A stretch of DNA of 64,000 nt from Clostridia bacterium (GCA_025210555.1 JAOARL010000020.1:72883-136882), one strand, 5' to 3'. Numbered from the stretch's first letter, positions 35,730 through 46,871 are shown. The notes: a model not told the origin generated them from the sequence alone. Translations and numbers: made by a program.

Positions 35730-36366
35730 TAAAGTGAAAAATGTATTAAGTGATTATAGAATAATTAAGATAGAAGATAAGAATCTAGCAAGATATTATG
35801 TAGAAAACAAAGTAAAACTTCCAATAGTACCACTTACTACAAACAGGGCAAAGAAAATAAAAAAGCTTCCTAAAATGGTTAATATAGGAGCAGAAAATTT
35901 TAATTCGATTGAGAAATTTGAAAATATTGAAGAGTTATATATATCAGGTGAGAATTTAAAAGACAATATATCTTTTCTTAAGAAATTAAAAAAATTAAAG
36001 AGATTAACAATAAGAAATTGTAATTTAAGGAATATATATGATCTTTATAACCTAGAAGAATTAGAGGAGTTATATTTAGAAGATAATGATATTACAAATA
36101 TAGATATATTAATGCATTTGATAAATCTAGAAGTAGTTAGATTAAATAACAATAAAATTAAAGATATAAGTTCAATTAATTTTATTAATAATTTAAAAGA
36201 GATAAACCTTAAAGGTAATCCTGTTCAGTCAGATGTTGTATTAGATGAGCATAAGGATAAAGTTATATATGAAGAAGAAAAAAAGAAAGGGTTTGATATA
36301 TTAAATATGGAGCATGTTGCTGAATTAATATCTCAAACTTTTGATGAAATACTATTAGAGTTTTGA
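35722..36366 (+). CDS. Leucine-rich-repeat protein without a signal peptide
   Basis: About 5 consecutive 22-aa LRRs (L..L..L.L..N.I.DI..L). TTG start with GAGGA upstream. No hydrophobic N-terminus. Confidence 0.65.
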   Translation: MLSKVKNVLSDYRIIKIEDKNLARYYVENKVKLPIVPLTTNRAKKIKKLPKMVNIGAENFNSIEKFENIEELYISGENLKDNISFLKKLKKLKRLTIRNCNLRNIYDLYNLEELEELYLEDNDITNIDILMHLINLEVVRLNNNKIKDISSINFINNLKEINLKGNPVQSDVVLDEHKDKVIYEEEKKKGFDILNMEHVAELISQTFDEILLEF

Positions 36367-36407
36367 TATACTAGTATAGTGAAAATATATTTAAAGGGGA
36401 AACTATA

Positions 36408-38606
36408 ATGAGTATATATGATAATTTAAATGATCGACAAAAAGAGGCTGTTTTAAATGTAGAAGGACCAATGTTAGTGTTAGCTGGAGCTGGTTCTGGT
36501 AAGACTAAAGTTATTACTACAAGAATAGGTCATATGATAAAAGATATAGGAATAAAGCCATGGAATATACTGGCAATAACATTTACTAATAAAGCTGCAA
36601 AGGAAATGAAAGAGAGAGTGGAAGATATTGATGGTGTTGATGCAAGCGATGTTTGGGTCAGTACATTTCACTCTTTTTGTGTAAGAATTTTAAGAATGGA
36701 AATAGAAAATTTAGGATATAATAGAAACTTTGTTATATATGATGGAAATGATCAAAAGACATTAGTTAAAGAGTGTTTAAAAGAATTAAATATTAGTGAC
36801 AAGTTATATCCTGTAAATAGTGTTATGGGAAAGATAAGTTCTAAAAAAAATGAACTAATTGAACCAATGCAATATTTAAAAGAAACAGAAGATGATTTTA
36901 GAGAAAATGTATATGCAAATATATATAGATTATATCAAAGTAAGTTAGAAAAAAATGGAGCGTTAGATTTTGATGATCTAATAGGAATGACAGTTAAGTT
37001 GTTTAAAACTAGAGAAGATATATTGTCTAAATATCAAAATAGATTTAAATATATTATGGTTGATGAGTATCAAGATACTAATACTGCTCAGTATACTTTA
37101 ACTAGACTTCTTGCAATAGCACATACTAATTTATGTGTTGTTGGAGATGATGATCAAAGTATTTATAGCTGGAGAAGTGCGGATATAAAAAATATTTTGA
37201 ATTTCGAACATGATTTTGACAATGTAAAAGTTGTTAAGCTTGAACAAAACTATAGATGTAGTCAAAATATACTAAATGCAGCAAATGAAGTTATTAAAAA
37301 TAATATTTCAAGAAAAAGCAAAACACTTTGGACTGATAATAATGAAGGAAATAAAATAAAGTATTTTGTTTCAGATACAGAAAAGGAAGAAGCGAGATTT
37401 ATAACAGATCAAATTGCTAAAAGTGTTAGAGGGTGCGAAAGAATATATTCAGATTTTGCGCTTTTATATAGAACCAATGCTCAATCACGTGTTCTTGAGG
37501 AATACTTAGTAAAAAAAGGTATACCTTATGCACTTTTTGGAGGAACTAGATTCTACGAGAGAATGGAAATAAAAGATGTTATATCATATCTTAGAACTGT
37601 ACTTAATCCTATAGATGATATAGCTGTAAAGAGAATTATAAATGTGCCTAAAAGAGGGATCGGAAATACTACAATAGAGAAAGTAGCTAAGATTGCAAGA
37701 GAAGAAAATTTAAACTTTTATGATGTATTAGGTAGAGCGAGTGATTATACAGAACTTAAATCACCAGCTACAAAACTTAAAACATTCCATACTATGATTG
37801 AAAATTTGAGAAATCAAATGGAAAGTTTAGGGCTTTCTATGTTCATAGAGGAAGTTTTAACAGAAGTAGGATATGTAGCTTCTTATGAAAATGAAAACAC
37901 AATTGAAGCTGATGGAAGAGTAGAAAATATAAACGAATTTATTTCAAAGGCAGTAGAATTTGAAAATGAAAATGAAGATGCAACGTTGGAATCTTTATTA
38001 GAAGAGATATCGCTTGTTGCAGATATAGATGGACTTAAAGAAGATGCAGATACGGTTAAGCTTATGACTATTCATAGTGCCAAAGGATTAGAATTTCCTG
38101 TCGTATTTTTAACAGGACTTGAGGATGGAATATTCCCAGGATACAGAGCTATGACTTCTGAAAATGAAAATGATATGGAAGAAGAAAGACGTTTATGTTA
38201 CGTTGCTATAACAAGAGCTAAGCAAGAGCTTTATATGACTCATGCTGTTTCAAGATTAACGCATGGTAGAGTTCAGTATAATAGAGTTTCAAGGTTTATG
38301 GATGAAATACCAAAAGAACTTATTGATGATAGTTTAGCGCCAAAGAAGAAAGTTAATAAAGAATATGCAAGTAATGAAACGAAAATTAATGACTTTTTCA
38401 AGAAAAATGTTTATAATAAAGTAGAGAAACCAAAAAATATAGAAATCAATTATTCTGAAGGGGATATAGTTTCTCACATGAAGTTTGGAAAAGGGACTGT
38501 AATAAAGATTAATCCAGCAGGAGCAGATTATGAAGTTACAGTAGATTTTACAAAGGTTGGAGAGAAGAAATTAATGTCTACTTTTGCAAAATTGAAGAAA
38601 GTGTAA
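36408..38606 (+). CDS. pcrA: ATP-dependent DNA helicase PcrA (UvrD family)
   Basis: AGAGSGKT, TFTNKAA.EM, VDEYQDTN, QNYR, TIHSAKGLEF, VA.TRA motifs. Confidence 0.95.
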   Translation: MSIYDNLNDRQKEAVLNVEGPMLVLAGAGSGKTKVITTRIGHMIKDIGIKPWNILAITFTNKAAKEMKERVEDIDGVDASDVWVSTFHSFCVRILRMEIENLGYNRNFVIYDGNDQKTLVKECLKELNISDKLYPVNSVMGKISSKKNELIEPMQYLKETEDDFRENVYANIYRLYQSKLEKNGALDFDDLIGMTVKLFKTREDILSKYQNRFKYIMVDEYQDTNTAQYTLTRLLAIAHTNLCVVGDDDQSIYSWRSADIKNILNFEHDFDNVKVVKLEQNYRCSQNILNAANEVIKNNISRKSKTLWTDNNEGNKIKYFVSDTEKEEARFITDQIAKSVRGCERIYSDFALLYRTNAQSRVLEEYLVKKGIPYALFGGTRFYERMEIKDVISYLRTVLNPIDDIAVKRIINVPKRGIGNTTIEKVAKIAREENLNFYDVLGRASDYTELKSPATKLKTFHTMIENLRNQMESLGLSMFIEEVLTEVGYVASYENENTIEADGRVENINEFISKAVEFENENEDATLESLLEEISLVADIDGLKEDADTVKLMTIHSAKGLEFPVVFLTGLEDGIFPGYRAMTSENENDMEEERRLCYVAITRAKQELYMTHAVSRLTHGRVQYNRVSRFMDEIPKELIDDSLAPKKKVNKEYASNETKINDFFKKNVYNKVEKPKNIEINYSEGDIVSHMKFGKGTVIKINPAGADYEVTVDFTKVGEKKLMSTFAKLKKV

Positions 38607-38714
38607 AAATTAATAATACTACCAAGGGCATACAAAATTTATTTTTGTGTGTCTTTTTATATATCACTAGAGAACTGACATAAGGTAATAAAAAAGTTTT
38701 GAAAGGTGAGGGGT

Positions 38715-40748
38715 ATGAGTATTAAGAAGAAAATGGTTGGTATCTTTATGCTAATTATTATAATTCCGTTTTTTGTTTATATGGCTATGGCTTATAGAAC
38801 AACATATGGGTTTATAAAAACTGGTATAGAGGAAGAGGCATTACAGTTAGTTGAAGAAAAGAGTAAAGGTGTTGAGAGTTATTTTGACACATTTAAAAAA
38901 GGGTTAACGTTTTTAGCAAAAACTAATACGATGAGTGAAGCGGTTAAAGATTTTGAAAAAGCAGGAGTTAGAGGCTATATAAAAAATATAGAGGAAGCTT
39001 CATTTAGGACAGTTAATCAAAAAAATGTAGCAGGATTATTTAAGAAGTTTTATGATAGTTATAAGATAGCTACATGTATTTATTTAGGAGATTATAGGGA
39101 TAACTTTATACTAGTGCCTTACACTAAGCTTGATGAAGGCTATAAGGCAACAGGAAGAGACTGGTATAAGGAAGTTGAAACAAAGAGATTGCCTATTTGT
39201 ACAGCTCCTTATATAGATGATACGGAAGATGTAGATAAGGTTGTTATGACTATAGCGGTTCCTTTAATAAGAGAAGATAAATTTTTAGGGGTTATAGCAG
39301 CTGATATAGAACTCGAAGAATTTTTAAAAACAGTAAATAGTAGTAAAATTGGAGAAAGTGGATATGTATATATATTAGATGATGAAAATATTATTTCAGC
39401 ACATAATAATATGGATTTAATAGGTAAACTTGTTCCAGTAAGTAAGATAGAAGAAGAAATGTTAAAAGGAAAAGAGTCTGGGACTTTCACATATGTATAT
39501 AAAGGCGTTGAAAAGAAAGAATCTTATAAAAGACTTAGTAATGGATGGACTGTTCATGCAACTATACCAGTGCATGAAATTGATGGGCAAATAACAGATT
39601 TTGTGCTTAATTTCATATTTGCAGGAATGATAATATTGGTTCTAAGCGTAATAGTTTCATGGAATTATTCTAATGGATTTGTTAAAGAAATAAATAAGTT
39701 AATAGCAGGTGTTGAAAAATTAAAGGCTGGAGATTTAACTACTAAAGTTGATATCAATACTAATGATGAATTAGGTAAACTTGCTAGTGGATTTAACTCT
39801 ATGGCAGTAGTTATGAAAGGGCTATTAAACAGTATAAATGATTCAGCTGTTAAAATGTTTGATAGTTCAAGTAATCTTTCAGACAGTTCAAGCGAATTAA
39901 GCAAAAAGACTGAAGATGTTTCTAAGTCAACAGAAAATATTGCATCAGGTGCAACGGAACAAGCTGAGCAAGTTCAAGATATGGCAAGTAAAATTTCAGA
40001 TTTATCTAGTTCTATAGGAATAGTATCTGAAAGTATGGAGAGCATAAAAGACAATTCAAATAGCACATTAGATTTAAGTAATGATGGAATAGAAGTGGTA
40101 AAGAGTTTAAACACTAATTTCGAAGATACAAGAAATATTGTAAATGATATAGGAGAGGTTATTGATGATTTAGGTAAAAAGTCATTAGATATAGAGAAGA
40201 TTATAGAGACAATAACTCAAATATCAGAGCAAACTAACTTACTAGCACTTAATGCATCAATCGAAGCTGCAAGAGCTGGAGAACATGGTAAGGGATTTGC
40301 AGTAGTTGCAGATGAAATTAGAAAACTTGCAGAGCAGACAGCAAGTGCTACCCAAGAAATTGAAAAAATAATACAAGACATACAAAGTAGTACGGGTTCA
40401 GCTGTTAACATAATGGATAATTCAAAAGAAACTATGGCAGAAGGTGGAAAATCTGTTATAAATATGGAAGAATCATTTGGTAAGATAAATAATTCAATTA
40501 CATCTGTTGCAGAGCAAATACTTAGAGTTAATGGGGAAATAGAAAGCATAAACTCGAATAAAGATGTATTAATATCATCAGTTGAAAATATTTCATCTAT
40601 ATCAGAAGAGTTTGCAGCATCTAGTGAAGAGGTAACAGCTATGACTGAAACTCAAGTAGAGGAAGTTGGAAAAGTTGTAAGTGAAGTAGAAGAGCTTAAA
40701 AATCTTGGAAATAATTTGAAAGAAATAGTGAAGAGATTTAAAATATAA
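38715..40748 (+). CDS. Transmembrane methyl-accepting chemotaxis protein (double-Cache-like sensor, HAMP)
   Basis: TM1, a ~270-aa periplasmic domain, TM2, HAMP, and the conserved hairpin [40 protein letters not shown]. Confidence 0.9.
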   Translation: MSIKKKMVGIFMLIIIIPFFVYMAMAYRTTYGFIKTGIEEEALQLVEEKSKGVESYFDTFKKGLTFLAKTNTMSEAVKDFEKAGVRGYIKNIEEASFRTVNQKNVAGLFKKFYDSYKIATCIYLGDYRDNFILVPYTKLDEGYKATGRDWYKEVETKRLPICTAPYIDDTEDVDKVVMTIAVPLIREDKFLGVIAADIELEEFLKTVNSSKIGESGYVYILDDENIISAHNNMDLIGKLVPVSKIEEEMLKGKESGTFTYVYKGVEKKESYKRLSNGWTVHATIPVHEIDGQITDFVLNFIFAGMIILVLSVIVSWNYSNGFVKEINKLIAGVEKLKAGDLTTKVDINTNDELGKLASGFNSMAVVMKGLLNSINDSAVKMFDSSSNLSDSSSELSKKTEDVSKSTENIASGATEQAEQVQDMASKISDLSSSIGIVSESMESIKDNSNSTLDLSNDGIEVVKSLNTNFEDTRNIVNDIGEVIDDLGKKSLDIEKIIETITQISEQTNLLALNASIEAARAGEHGKGFAVVADEIRKLAEQTASATQEIEKIIQDIQSSTGSAVNIMDNSKETMAEGGKSVINMEESFGKINNSITSVAEQILRVNGEIESINSNKDVLISSVENISSISEEFAASSEEVTAMTETQVEEVGKVVSEVEELKNLGNNLKEIVKRFKI

Positions 40749-40771
40749 AGAGAGCGCATAAGCGCTTTCTT
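40748..40771 (+). terminator. Rho-independent terminator after the MCP gene
   Basis: AAGAGAGCGC-ATAA-GCGCTTTCTT stem-loop. Weak T tail. Confidence 0.55.
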
Positions 40772-40910
40772 GCATTTTTAAATGGTTGTGATAGAATTAA
40801 TTTATAAATATTACAAAATAGTAAAAAGATTTCTGAAAATTCGTTGACTTTTTATGTGTTTAATAATATAATGGTATTACAGTTTTTAAAAAATATTTAG
40901 GAGGGATAGT

Positions 40911-41150
40911 ATGTTAAGAAGTTTATTTAATGTAAAGAACTATGAAGAAAAAACAACTGAAAAAGTAGTTGATAATGCTATTCCCGTACCTAAGACAAAG
41001 TTAGCATTAGATATAGAAGATTTTTTAATGGGAAGAGTTGAAGCACAACATGTTGTTACTAAAGCTCTTGATGAAAAAGATACTATTAGAAAATTTGAGC
41101 TTTCTGATGAAGTTATAACAGAAAATATAACAGGAAATATAGCAAAATAA
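40911..41150 (+). CDS. Hypothetical small protein (79 aa)
   Basis: Strong RBS TAGGAGGGA. Own terminator downstream. No motif recognised. Confidence 0.5.
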   Translation: MLRSLFNVKNYEEKTTEKVVDNAIPVPKTKLALDIEDFLMGRVEAQHVVTKALDEKDTIRKFELSDEVITENITGNIAK

Positions 41151-41164
41151 TACAATTGATTATA

Positions 41165-41199
41165 AAAACCATGCATTTAAGCGTGGTTTTATTTTTTTT
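41165..41199 (+). terminator. Rho-independent terminator
   Basis: AAAACCATGC / GCGTGGTTTT stem followed by ATTTTTTTT. Confidence 0.8.
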
Positions 41200-41248
41200 G
41201 CCTAAAAGTATAATAAAATAAATAAGAATATATTTAAGGAGGCAGTAA

Positions 41249-42277
41249 ATGAAAAAGATTATAAGTGTATTTCTATTTATGTTAGTAGCTAGTAGATGTA
41301 ATGCAATTGGATTTAGTGATGTAAATAAAAATGATTGGTATTATGAGAGTATTAGTGAGTTAGAAAGTTTTGGGGTTGTAAATGGTTATGAAGACGGTAG
41401 TTTTAGACCTAAGGGTAAGGTTAAAGTTACGGAGTTTTTAAAGATGATATTAGAAACTGAAGGTTTTGACGTTGTAAAAAAAGATTTATGGCATGAGGGA
41501 TATATCGATAAATCAAGAGAATTAAAATTATTTGATGAAGAGTATACATATAGTGAAGATATAAAGAGAAAAGATGTTGCACTTATAATTAAAAGAATCA
41601 GTGAAAGTGATAGAAATTATAAGTCTATTAATTTTATAGATTTAGAAAATATAGAACCCAAATATGTAGATGCAATAGCTTATGTTTACAATAAAGAAAT
41701 TATAAATGGTTATCCAGATGGAACATTTAGACCAGAAGAAACACTGACAAGAGCTGAGGCAGCAACGTTAATAAAGAAATTTATCGAGTGGAAGGATAAA
41801 AAAGGCAAGTATACTGAAGAAGATAGTTTGACCTGGGAAGAAAAGGTGGATAAATTTTGGGAAGAAGAGTTTGTAGAGCCTGAATTTGAGGTTGTATATG
41901 ATTATCCTAGAGCATTTCATGCAATAAGAGTAATTAATTATGATAGAATGAATAATCCTAAAAAAATATATTTATCAGAATCCAGAATAAATTGTCTTAA
42001 TGTAATGGAATTAAATACGAGAGATAATTTTAATTTAAAAGAAGGCAAGTGGCTAACTTATAGACAAGATGAATGGAATTCTACAGGAAAACATATAAAG
42101 GTTTTAAAGGATAAATATTATACAACAAAAGATAATTTTAACAAGGGATTCAAAATAAGTAGTGACATGCATTTGGATTATAAAATTGAGTTAAAATTTT
42201 ATGGGATTTTAGAAGGTTCAAAAATATATAAAGAAAAAACATATTATTTGAAAAATATAAAGGCTAAGAAGGTATAA
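41249..42277 (+). CDS. SLH-domain cell-wall protein
   Basis: Signal peptide. SLH-type segments FSDVNKNDWYYESI...NGYEDGSFRP and YVDAIAYVY....INGYPDGTFRPEE.LTRAEAA. C-terminal domain unknown. Confidence 0.7.
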   Translation: MKKIISVFLFMLVASRCNAIGFSDVNKNDWYYESISELESFGVVNGYEDGSFRPKGKVKVTEFLKMILETEGFDVVKKDLWHEGYIDKSRELKLFDEEYTYSEDIKRKDVALIIKRISESDRNYKSINFIDLENIEPKYVDAIAYVYNKEIINGYPDGTFRPEETLTRAEAATLIKKFIEWKDKKGKYTEEDSLTWEEKVDKFWEEEFVEPEFEVVYDYPRAFHAIRVINYDRMNNPKKIYLSESRINCLNVMELNTRDNFNLKEGKWLTYRQDEWNSTGKHIKVLKDKYYTTKDNFNKGFKISSDMHLDYKIELKFYGILEGSKIYKEKTYYLKNIKAKKV

Positions 42278-42279
42278 TT

Positions 42280-45200
42280 ATGATTAAAAAAATTGTATTT
42301 AGTATGGTTATTATAATTGTTTTAAGTATTAAGTGTAGTGCAGAAAAAATAATATTAGATTATAAGGATATGAATCCTAACGAGGTTGCTACAGCTAAAT
42401 TAGAATTGATAAATAAAACTACAAATGAAAGACAAGTTTCAAATTTTATAGATTATCCTAGAGAAACAAAATTTGATCAGCAGCCGACTATTTTAAAAGC
42501 AATAGAAGGTGACGAAATAGAACTAAGAGACTTAAGTATTCCAAGTCAAAATGAACTAGATATTGAAAAATGGGATTTACAGATATATTCTCCATCAGGT
42601 AAAAAGTGGATTAATGTATATTCAAATATAAAAGATGTTGAAAAAACTATTGTAATGGATGAGGCAGGAACATGGAAGTTTTATTTGTGTGTAAAAGATT
42701 CGGCGCCCCTAAAGGAAGGTTATGAAAACTGGTCTTATAACGGTAATAGAAGGGCAATTAAAAAAGTACCTAATTTAGATAATGTCTATTATTATTGGTA
42801 TTTTACTCAGATAAATGTAGAAGTCTATGAAAAGCCAGATTCTAACTTATACATAGAAGGTAATATATCAGGAGATATCTTATCATTTACTGGAATATCA
42901 AAAGTATATGATATTTCAAAATATAAAGTAGAAGCTTTAGAGACAACATTAGATAGTGGAGTAGGAAATTACGGAAAAGTGATAGAGAAGAACATTAAAT
43001 TAGAGTTTGAAGAGAATACTTCAATAGATATTGTAATAGAAGATGCTAATGGAAAGAAAGCATATAAGAAATTGCAATATAGCCCGCATGAAAAGGTTAA
43101 TCCTAAAACAGAAATAAAGTTATTATCAGGAGGAGTAGAAACAGATCAATTTGTACCTGAAAAAGTAAGTGATGTAGATGGGATTATAAATGCTATAGAG
43201 TGGAGTTATGTAGATAGTGATAAATTTAAAAAAGCTAACATAGAAATTTATAGGTTGTCTGATAATGGAGAAGTGTTAATTTATAGAGGAAGATGTGACA
43301 AAAGAAGTTATATATTTAAGGGTGGATATGGAATATATAAGGTTTTGTGTTCTGTTGAAAATGAACTAGAAGAGTATGCGGAAGACAGTGGAATTTTTTA
43401 TGTGTCTGAACCAAAGCCAAGTGTTGAAATTACGGCAGATAGCAAAGTATTTCAAAAAGATAATTTGAAAATAAGTATAGATGAAAAAGATGATGAATAT
43501 CCAAATAAATATTATGAAGTTACTTATAAATCGTGGGAGATAATATCAATTTATAACAATAAGACTATCTTGAGTGGAGATGGAAGAATTCCAAGTAAAA
43601 TATATATAGATCAAAGTTTTGAAGAAGGAAATTCATACGTAATAAAGCAAAAAATTGAAAACGGAATATTCACAGCAGATAGTGAAACAATATTTTATGT
43701 TGAGCGAGTACTTTTGCCGACAATTAATATGACTAATTTTAATATATTTGAAGGGGAGACTAAAGAAATAGATGTAGATATATATCAAACATATGAATCT
43801 GATTTTAAATATGAAGATAAAATTGAAAAGAGATATGAAATTTTAGATTCAGATATGAATATCATAAAATCAGCTAGAGGTGTTAAAAATATTTTTAATT
43901 CAAATGGTTATGAAGTTGGAAAAAATTATTACTATAAGCAATATGCAACAAATGTTAAAGGTAAGACTTCAGATAGAAAGATATCATTTAGCGTTATGAA
44001 AGTTAACTCGCCAGAAATAACTATGGAAATAGTCGATAGAGATGAAGATATATTGACGTTGCCTAATCAAATATATATAGGGGAGACAATTATTTTAGAA
44101 ACTAAAGTGAAAGATAACTATTTTGAAATTATAGATGAGTATTATGAAATTAAAAATCATAAATTTAATGGAATTGTTAATGGAGAAATATATTTTAATT
44201 TTGAGTTAGGTGATAATCTTATAACTCAATATGCTACAAATGCTAAATATAAGACGGCAAATGATACTGTTAGAGTGTTTGTAAGAGAACCTGAAATTCC
44301 GATAATAAGATCTAGAGGAGATTTGGTTGAAAATGTATATATAAGAGATGAAATAAATCTTAAATTAGAAATTCTTGATGTAAATAAATCTGATATGCAC
44401 CCAAATGGATATGAACTTGAAGGGCATTATAGAGTTGTATGTGAAGATGAAAATGTAATACTAGAAGAAAATGGAATAAGTACAGGATTATTAACAATAG
44501 ATTCAAGATATAGTGTTAATAAAAAGTATAAATTTATTCAAGTTGTTAATAATGTAGAACATAAAGATAAAAAAGCAACTTTTGAATATAGTTTCAGGGT
44601 TTTAAATAGATTCCCAAATATAGAAGCAGAAGTTTTTATAGGTGATAATAAACTACCTAATTATATGGGAGAATATATAAATATAGACTTATTAATTACA
44701 GATGAAGATGGTTATATTGAAACGGTTGAGTACAATAAAAAGAAAGCTCTAAAAGAGAAATTTGTAAATGGAAAATACTATGCAAATATAAAATATAAAG
44801 CAGATAAAATAGGGAGTGAAGAAATAATAATAAAAGCAATTGATGATGCTGGTGGAATTAGCACTAAGAGAATTTTAATAGATATAGGATATCCGAATAT
44901 TGAACTGGAACTAAAATTTAATGGAGATAGAATGAAAGAAAATAGATATATAACATTGGATATTGAGGATAATAATAAAACAGATATGAAAATTCAAAAA
45001 TATGAGATTGATTATGATAGTGAGCTAGTTCGATTAGTTTATAATGATATGGGTAGTTATGGGATGTATTTTAAAAAGAAGGGTGAATACAAGTTTAGAG
45101 TGAGAGGAATTTGTGACAATGAAATAGTAACTAAGTGGTTTGAAAAAAGTATAAACATAGAAGAAGATTTTGTTCCAAATTCAGGATTTAAAGTTATGAA

Positions 45201-45693
45201 TAAAGGGCATAGAGTTATAGAAGGTGAAAATTTTGGAAGTATAGAATTAGGATGTGTAGGAAATAAAAACTTAGATGACGAGGTGATTAGTATATACAAG
45301 ATTACATATGATTATAATGAAAACGGAATTTATGAAGAAGATGAAATAGATTATGTAGGTGATTTTAATGATATATATGATGGAAAGAATTTAGGTAATT
45401 ATAAGATTGAAAGGGTTGTTACTGATAATATTAAGCAGTTACCAGATAAGGGGCATGAGTTACATGATGAAATAAGAAGAAAAGTAAAAAAATCCAGAAC
45501 GATACTTAAAGATATATTTATTGATAATTTAAGACCGACAATAACATTTAATTATAATGATGAAAAAGATATAACATTAATTGTACAATATGATTTTCAT
45601 CCAACTAAAGACGACAGAGATGCTATAAATGAACTTATTGATAAACTCAAAGGTGTTGGGGTGAGAGTGAATCTTGTAGAAGATATTTATTAA
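42280..45693 (+). CDS. Very large secreted multi-module protein (1137 aa), function unknown
   Basis: Signal peptide. At least four recurring beta-rich modules ending in ..Q(Y/K)ATN.K.KT....(V/F)..V-like strings. Starts 3 nt after the SLH gene stop. Confidence 0.7.
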   Translation: MIKKIVFSMVIIIVLSIKCSAEKIILDYKDMNPNEVATAKLELINKTTNERQVSNFIDYPRETKFDQQPTILKAIEGDEIELRDLSIPSQNELDIEKWDLQIYSPSGKKWINVYSNIKDVEKTIVMDEAGTWKFYLCVKDSAPLKEGYENWSYNGNRRAIKKVPNLDNVYYYWYFTQINVEVYEKPDSNLYIEGNISGDILSFTGISKVYDISKYKVEALETTLDSGVGNYGKVIEKNIKLEFEENTSIDIVIEDANGKKAYKKLQYSPHEKVNPKTEIKLLSGGVETDQFVPEKVSDVDGIINAIEWSYVDSDKFKKANIEIYRLSDNGEVLIYRGRCDKRSYIFKGGYGIYKVLCSVENELEEYAEDSGIFYVSEPKPSVEITADSKVFQKDNLKISIDEKDDEYPNKYYEVTYKSWEIISIYNNKTILSGDGRIPSKIYIDQSFEEGNSYVIKQKIENGIFTADSETIFYVERVLLPTINMTNFNIFEGETKEIDVDIYQTYESDFKYEDKIEKRYEILDSDMNIIKSARGVKNIFNSNGYEVGKNYYYKQYATNVKGKTSDRKISFSVMKVNSPEITMEIVDRDEDILTLPNQIYIGETIILETKVKDNYFEIIDEYYEIKNHKFNGIVNGEIYFNFELGDNLITQYATNAKYKTANDTVRVFVREPEIPIIRSRGDLVENVYIRDEINLKLEILDVNKSDMHPNGYELEGHYRVVCEDENVILEENGISTGLLTIDSRYSVNKKYKFIQVVNNVEHKDKKATFEYSFRVLNRFPNIEAEVFIGDNKLPNYMGEYINIDLLITDEDGYIETVEYNKKKALKEKFVNGKYYANIKYKADKIGSEEIIIKAIDDAGGISTKRILIDIGYPNIELELKFNGDRMKENRYITLDIEDNNKTDMKIQKYEIDYDSELVRLVYNDMGSYGMYFKKKGEYKFRVRGICDNEIVTKWFEKSINIEEDFVPNSGFKVMNKGHRVIEGENFGSIELGCVGNKNLDDEVISIYKITYDYNENGIYEEDEIDYVGDFNDIYDGKNLGNYKIERVVTDNIKQLPDKGHELHDEIRRKVKKSRTILKDIFIDNLRPTITFNYNDEKDITLIVQYDFHPTKDDRDAINELIDKLKGVGVRVNLVEDIY

Positions 45694-45727
45694 ATATGCT
45701 ATAATCCTATAGTGAGGTGGTTATAAA

Positions 45728-46832
45728 ATGATAGAATTAGATCAAATTAAACAAAGTATGAGTAATTATAAATTGGAAGAAATTAGGGATTCACTTTGAC
45801 TATGATAAAGCAAAAAATAAAATAGAAGAATTAGAAGAACTAAGTGCAGCTCCAGATTTTTGGAATGATGTTGATGCTGCCAATAAAGTTATGCAAGAGG
45901 TTAAATATTATAAAAGCAAAGTATCTATATTTGACAATTTAGAAACTGAGTATGAAGATATTTTAGTGCTCATAGAAATGGCAATAGAAGAAAATGATGA
46001 GGGCTTAATAAGTGAAGTTGATGAAACTTTTGAGTCATTTAAAAGAGATTTTGAAGAAGCAAAGTTAAATAGTTTGTTAGATGGTGAATTTGATAAAAAT
46101 AACGCAATATTGTCTTTGCATGCTGGAGCTGGTGGAACAGAAGCATGTGACTGGGTAGCTATGCTATATAGAATGTATATAAGGTATGCGGAAAGAGCTG
46201 GATATAAAACAGAATTAATTGATATGTTAGATGGAGAAGAAGCAGGAATTAAGTCAGTTACATTTTCAATTATAGGACCTAATGCGTATGGTTTTTTAAA
46301 ATCAGAAAAGGGTGTACATAGACTAGTAAGAATATCACCTTTTGATTCATCAGGAAGAAGACATACGTCATTTGCAGCATGTGATGTTCTTCCAGAGATT
46401 GAAGATGATAGTACGATAGATATAAAAACAGAAGATCTTAAAATAGATACATATAGAGCAAGTGGAGCTGGTGGACAGCATGTAAACACTACTGATTCAG
46501 CTGTTAGAATAACACACATTCCAACAGGAATAGTTGTTCAATGTCAAAATGAAAGATCTCAACATAAAAATAAAGATAGAGCTATGAAAATGTTAAAATC
46601 AAAACTAGCAGAAGCAATGGAAATAGAAAGAATGGAAAAGCTAGATGATATTAGAGGAGATGTTAAGCATATAGATTTTGGAAGTCAAATACGATCATAT
46701 GTATTCCAGCCTTATAACATGGTAAAAGATCATAGGACAAGTGCTGAAACAGGTAACGCCAATGGTGTTATGGATGGGAATATAGAATTATTTATAAATG
46801 AATATCTAAAATGGATTCATAAAAGTGAATAA
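45728..46832 (+). CDS. prfB: Peptide chain release factor 2, requires a +1 programmed frameshift at 45797
   Basis: Frame 0 is ATG 45728 ... CTT TGA (45794-45799). The +1 frame from GAC 45798 is continuous with track ORF 45891-46832 and contains SPF and GGQ motifs. Confidence 0.9.
45785..45800 (+). promoter_or_regulatory. prfB +1 frameshift site
   Basis: AGGGA (SD-like), 4 nt, then CTT TGA C. This is the canonical RF2 autoregulatory slippery site. Confidence 0.85.
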
Positions 46833-46871
46833 TACATATTATATTTAATAAGTTTAGAGGGGAGATAAAAT

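Noticed and set aside
45908-46519. 203-aa antisense ORF inside prfB
   Set aside because: The sense frame encodes the unmistakable RF2 (SPF, GGQ). The antisense product is low-complexity with no RBS.
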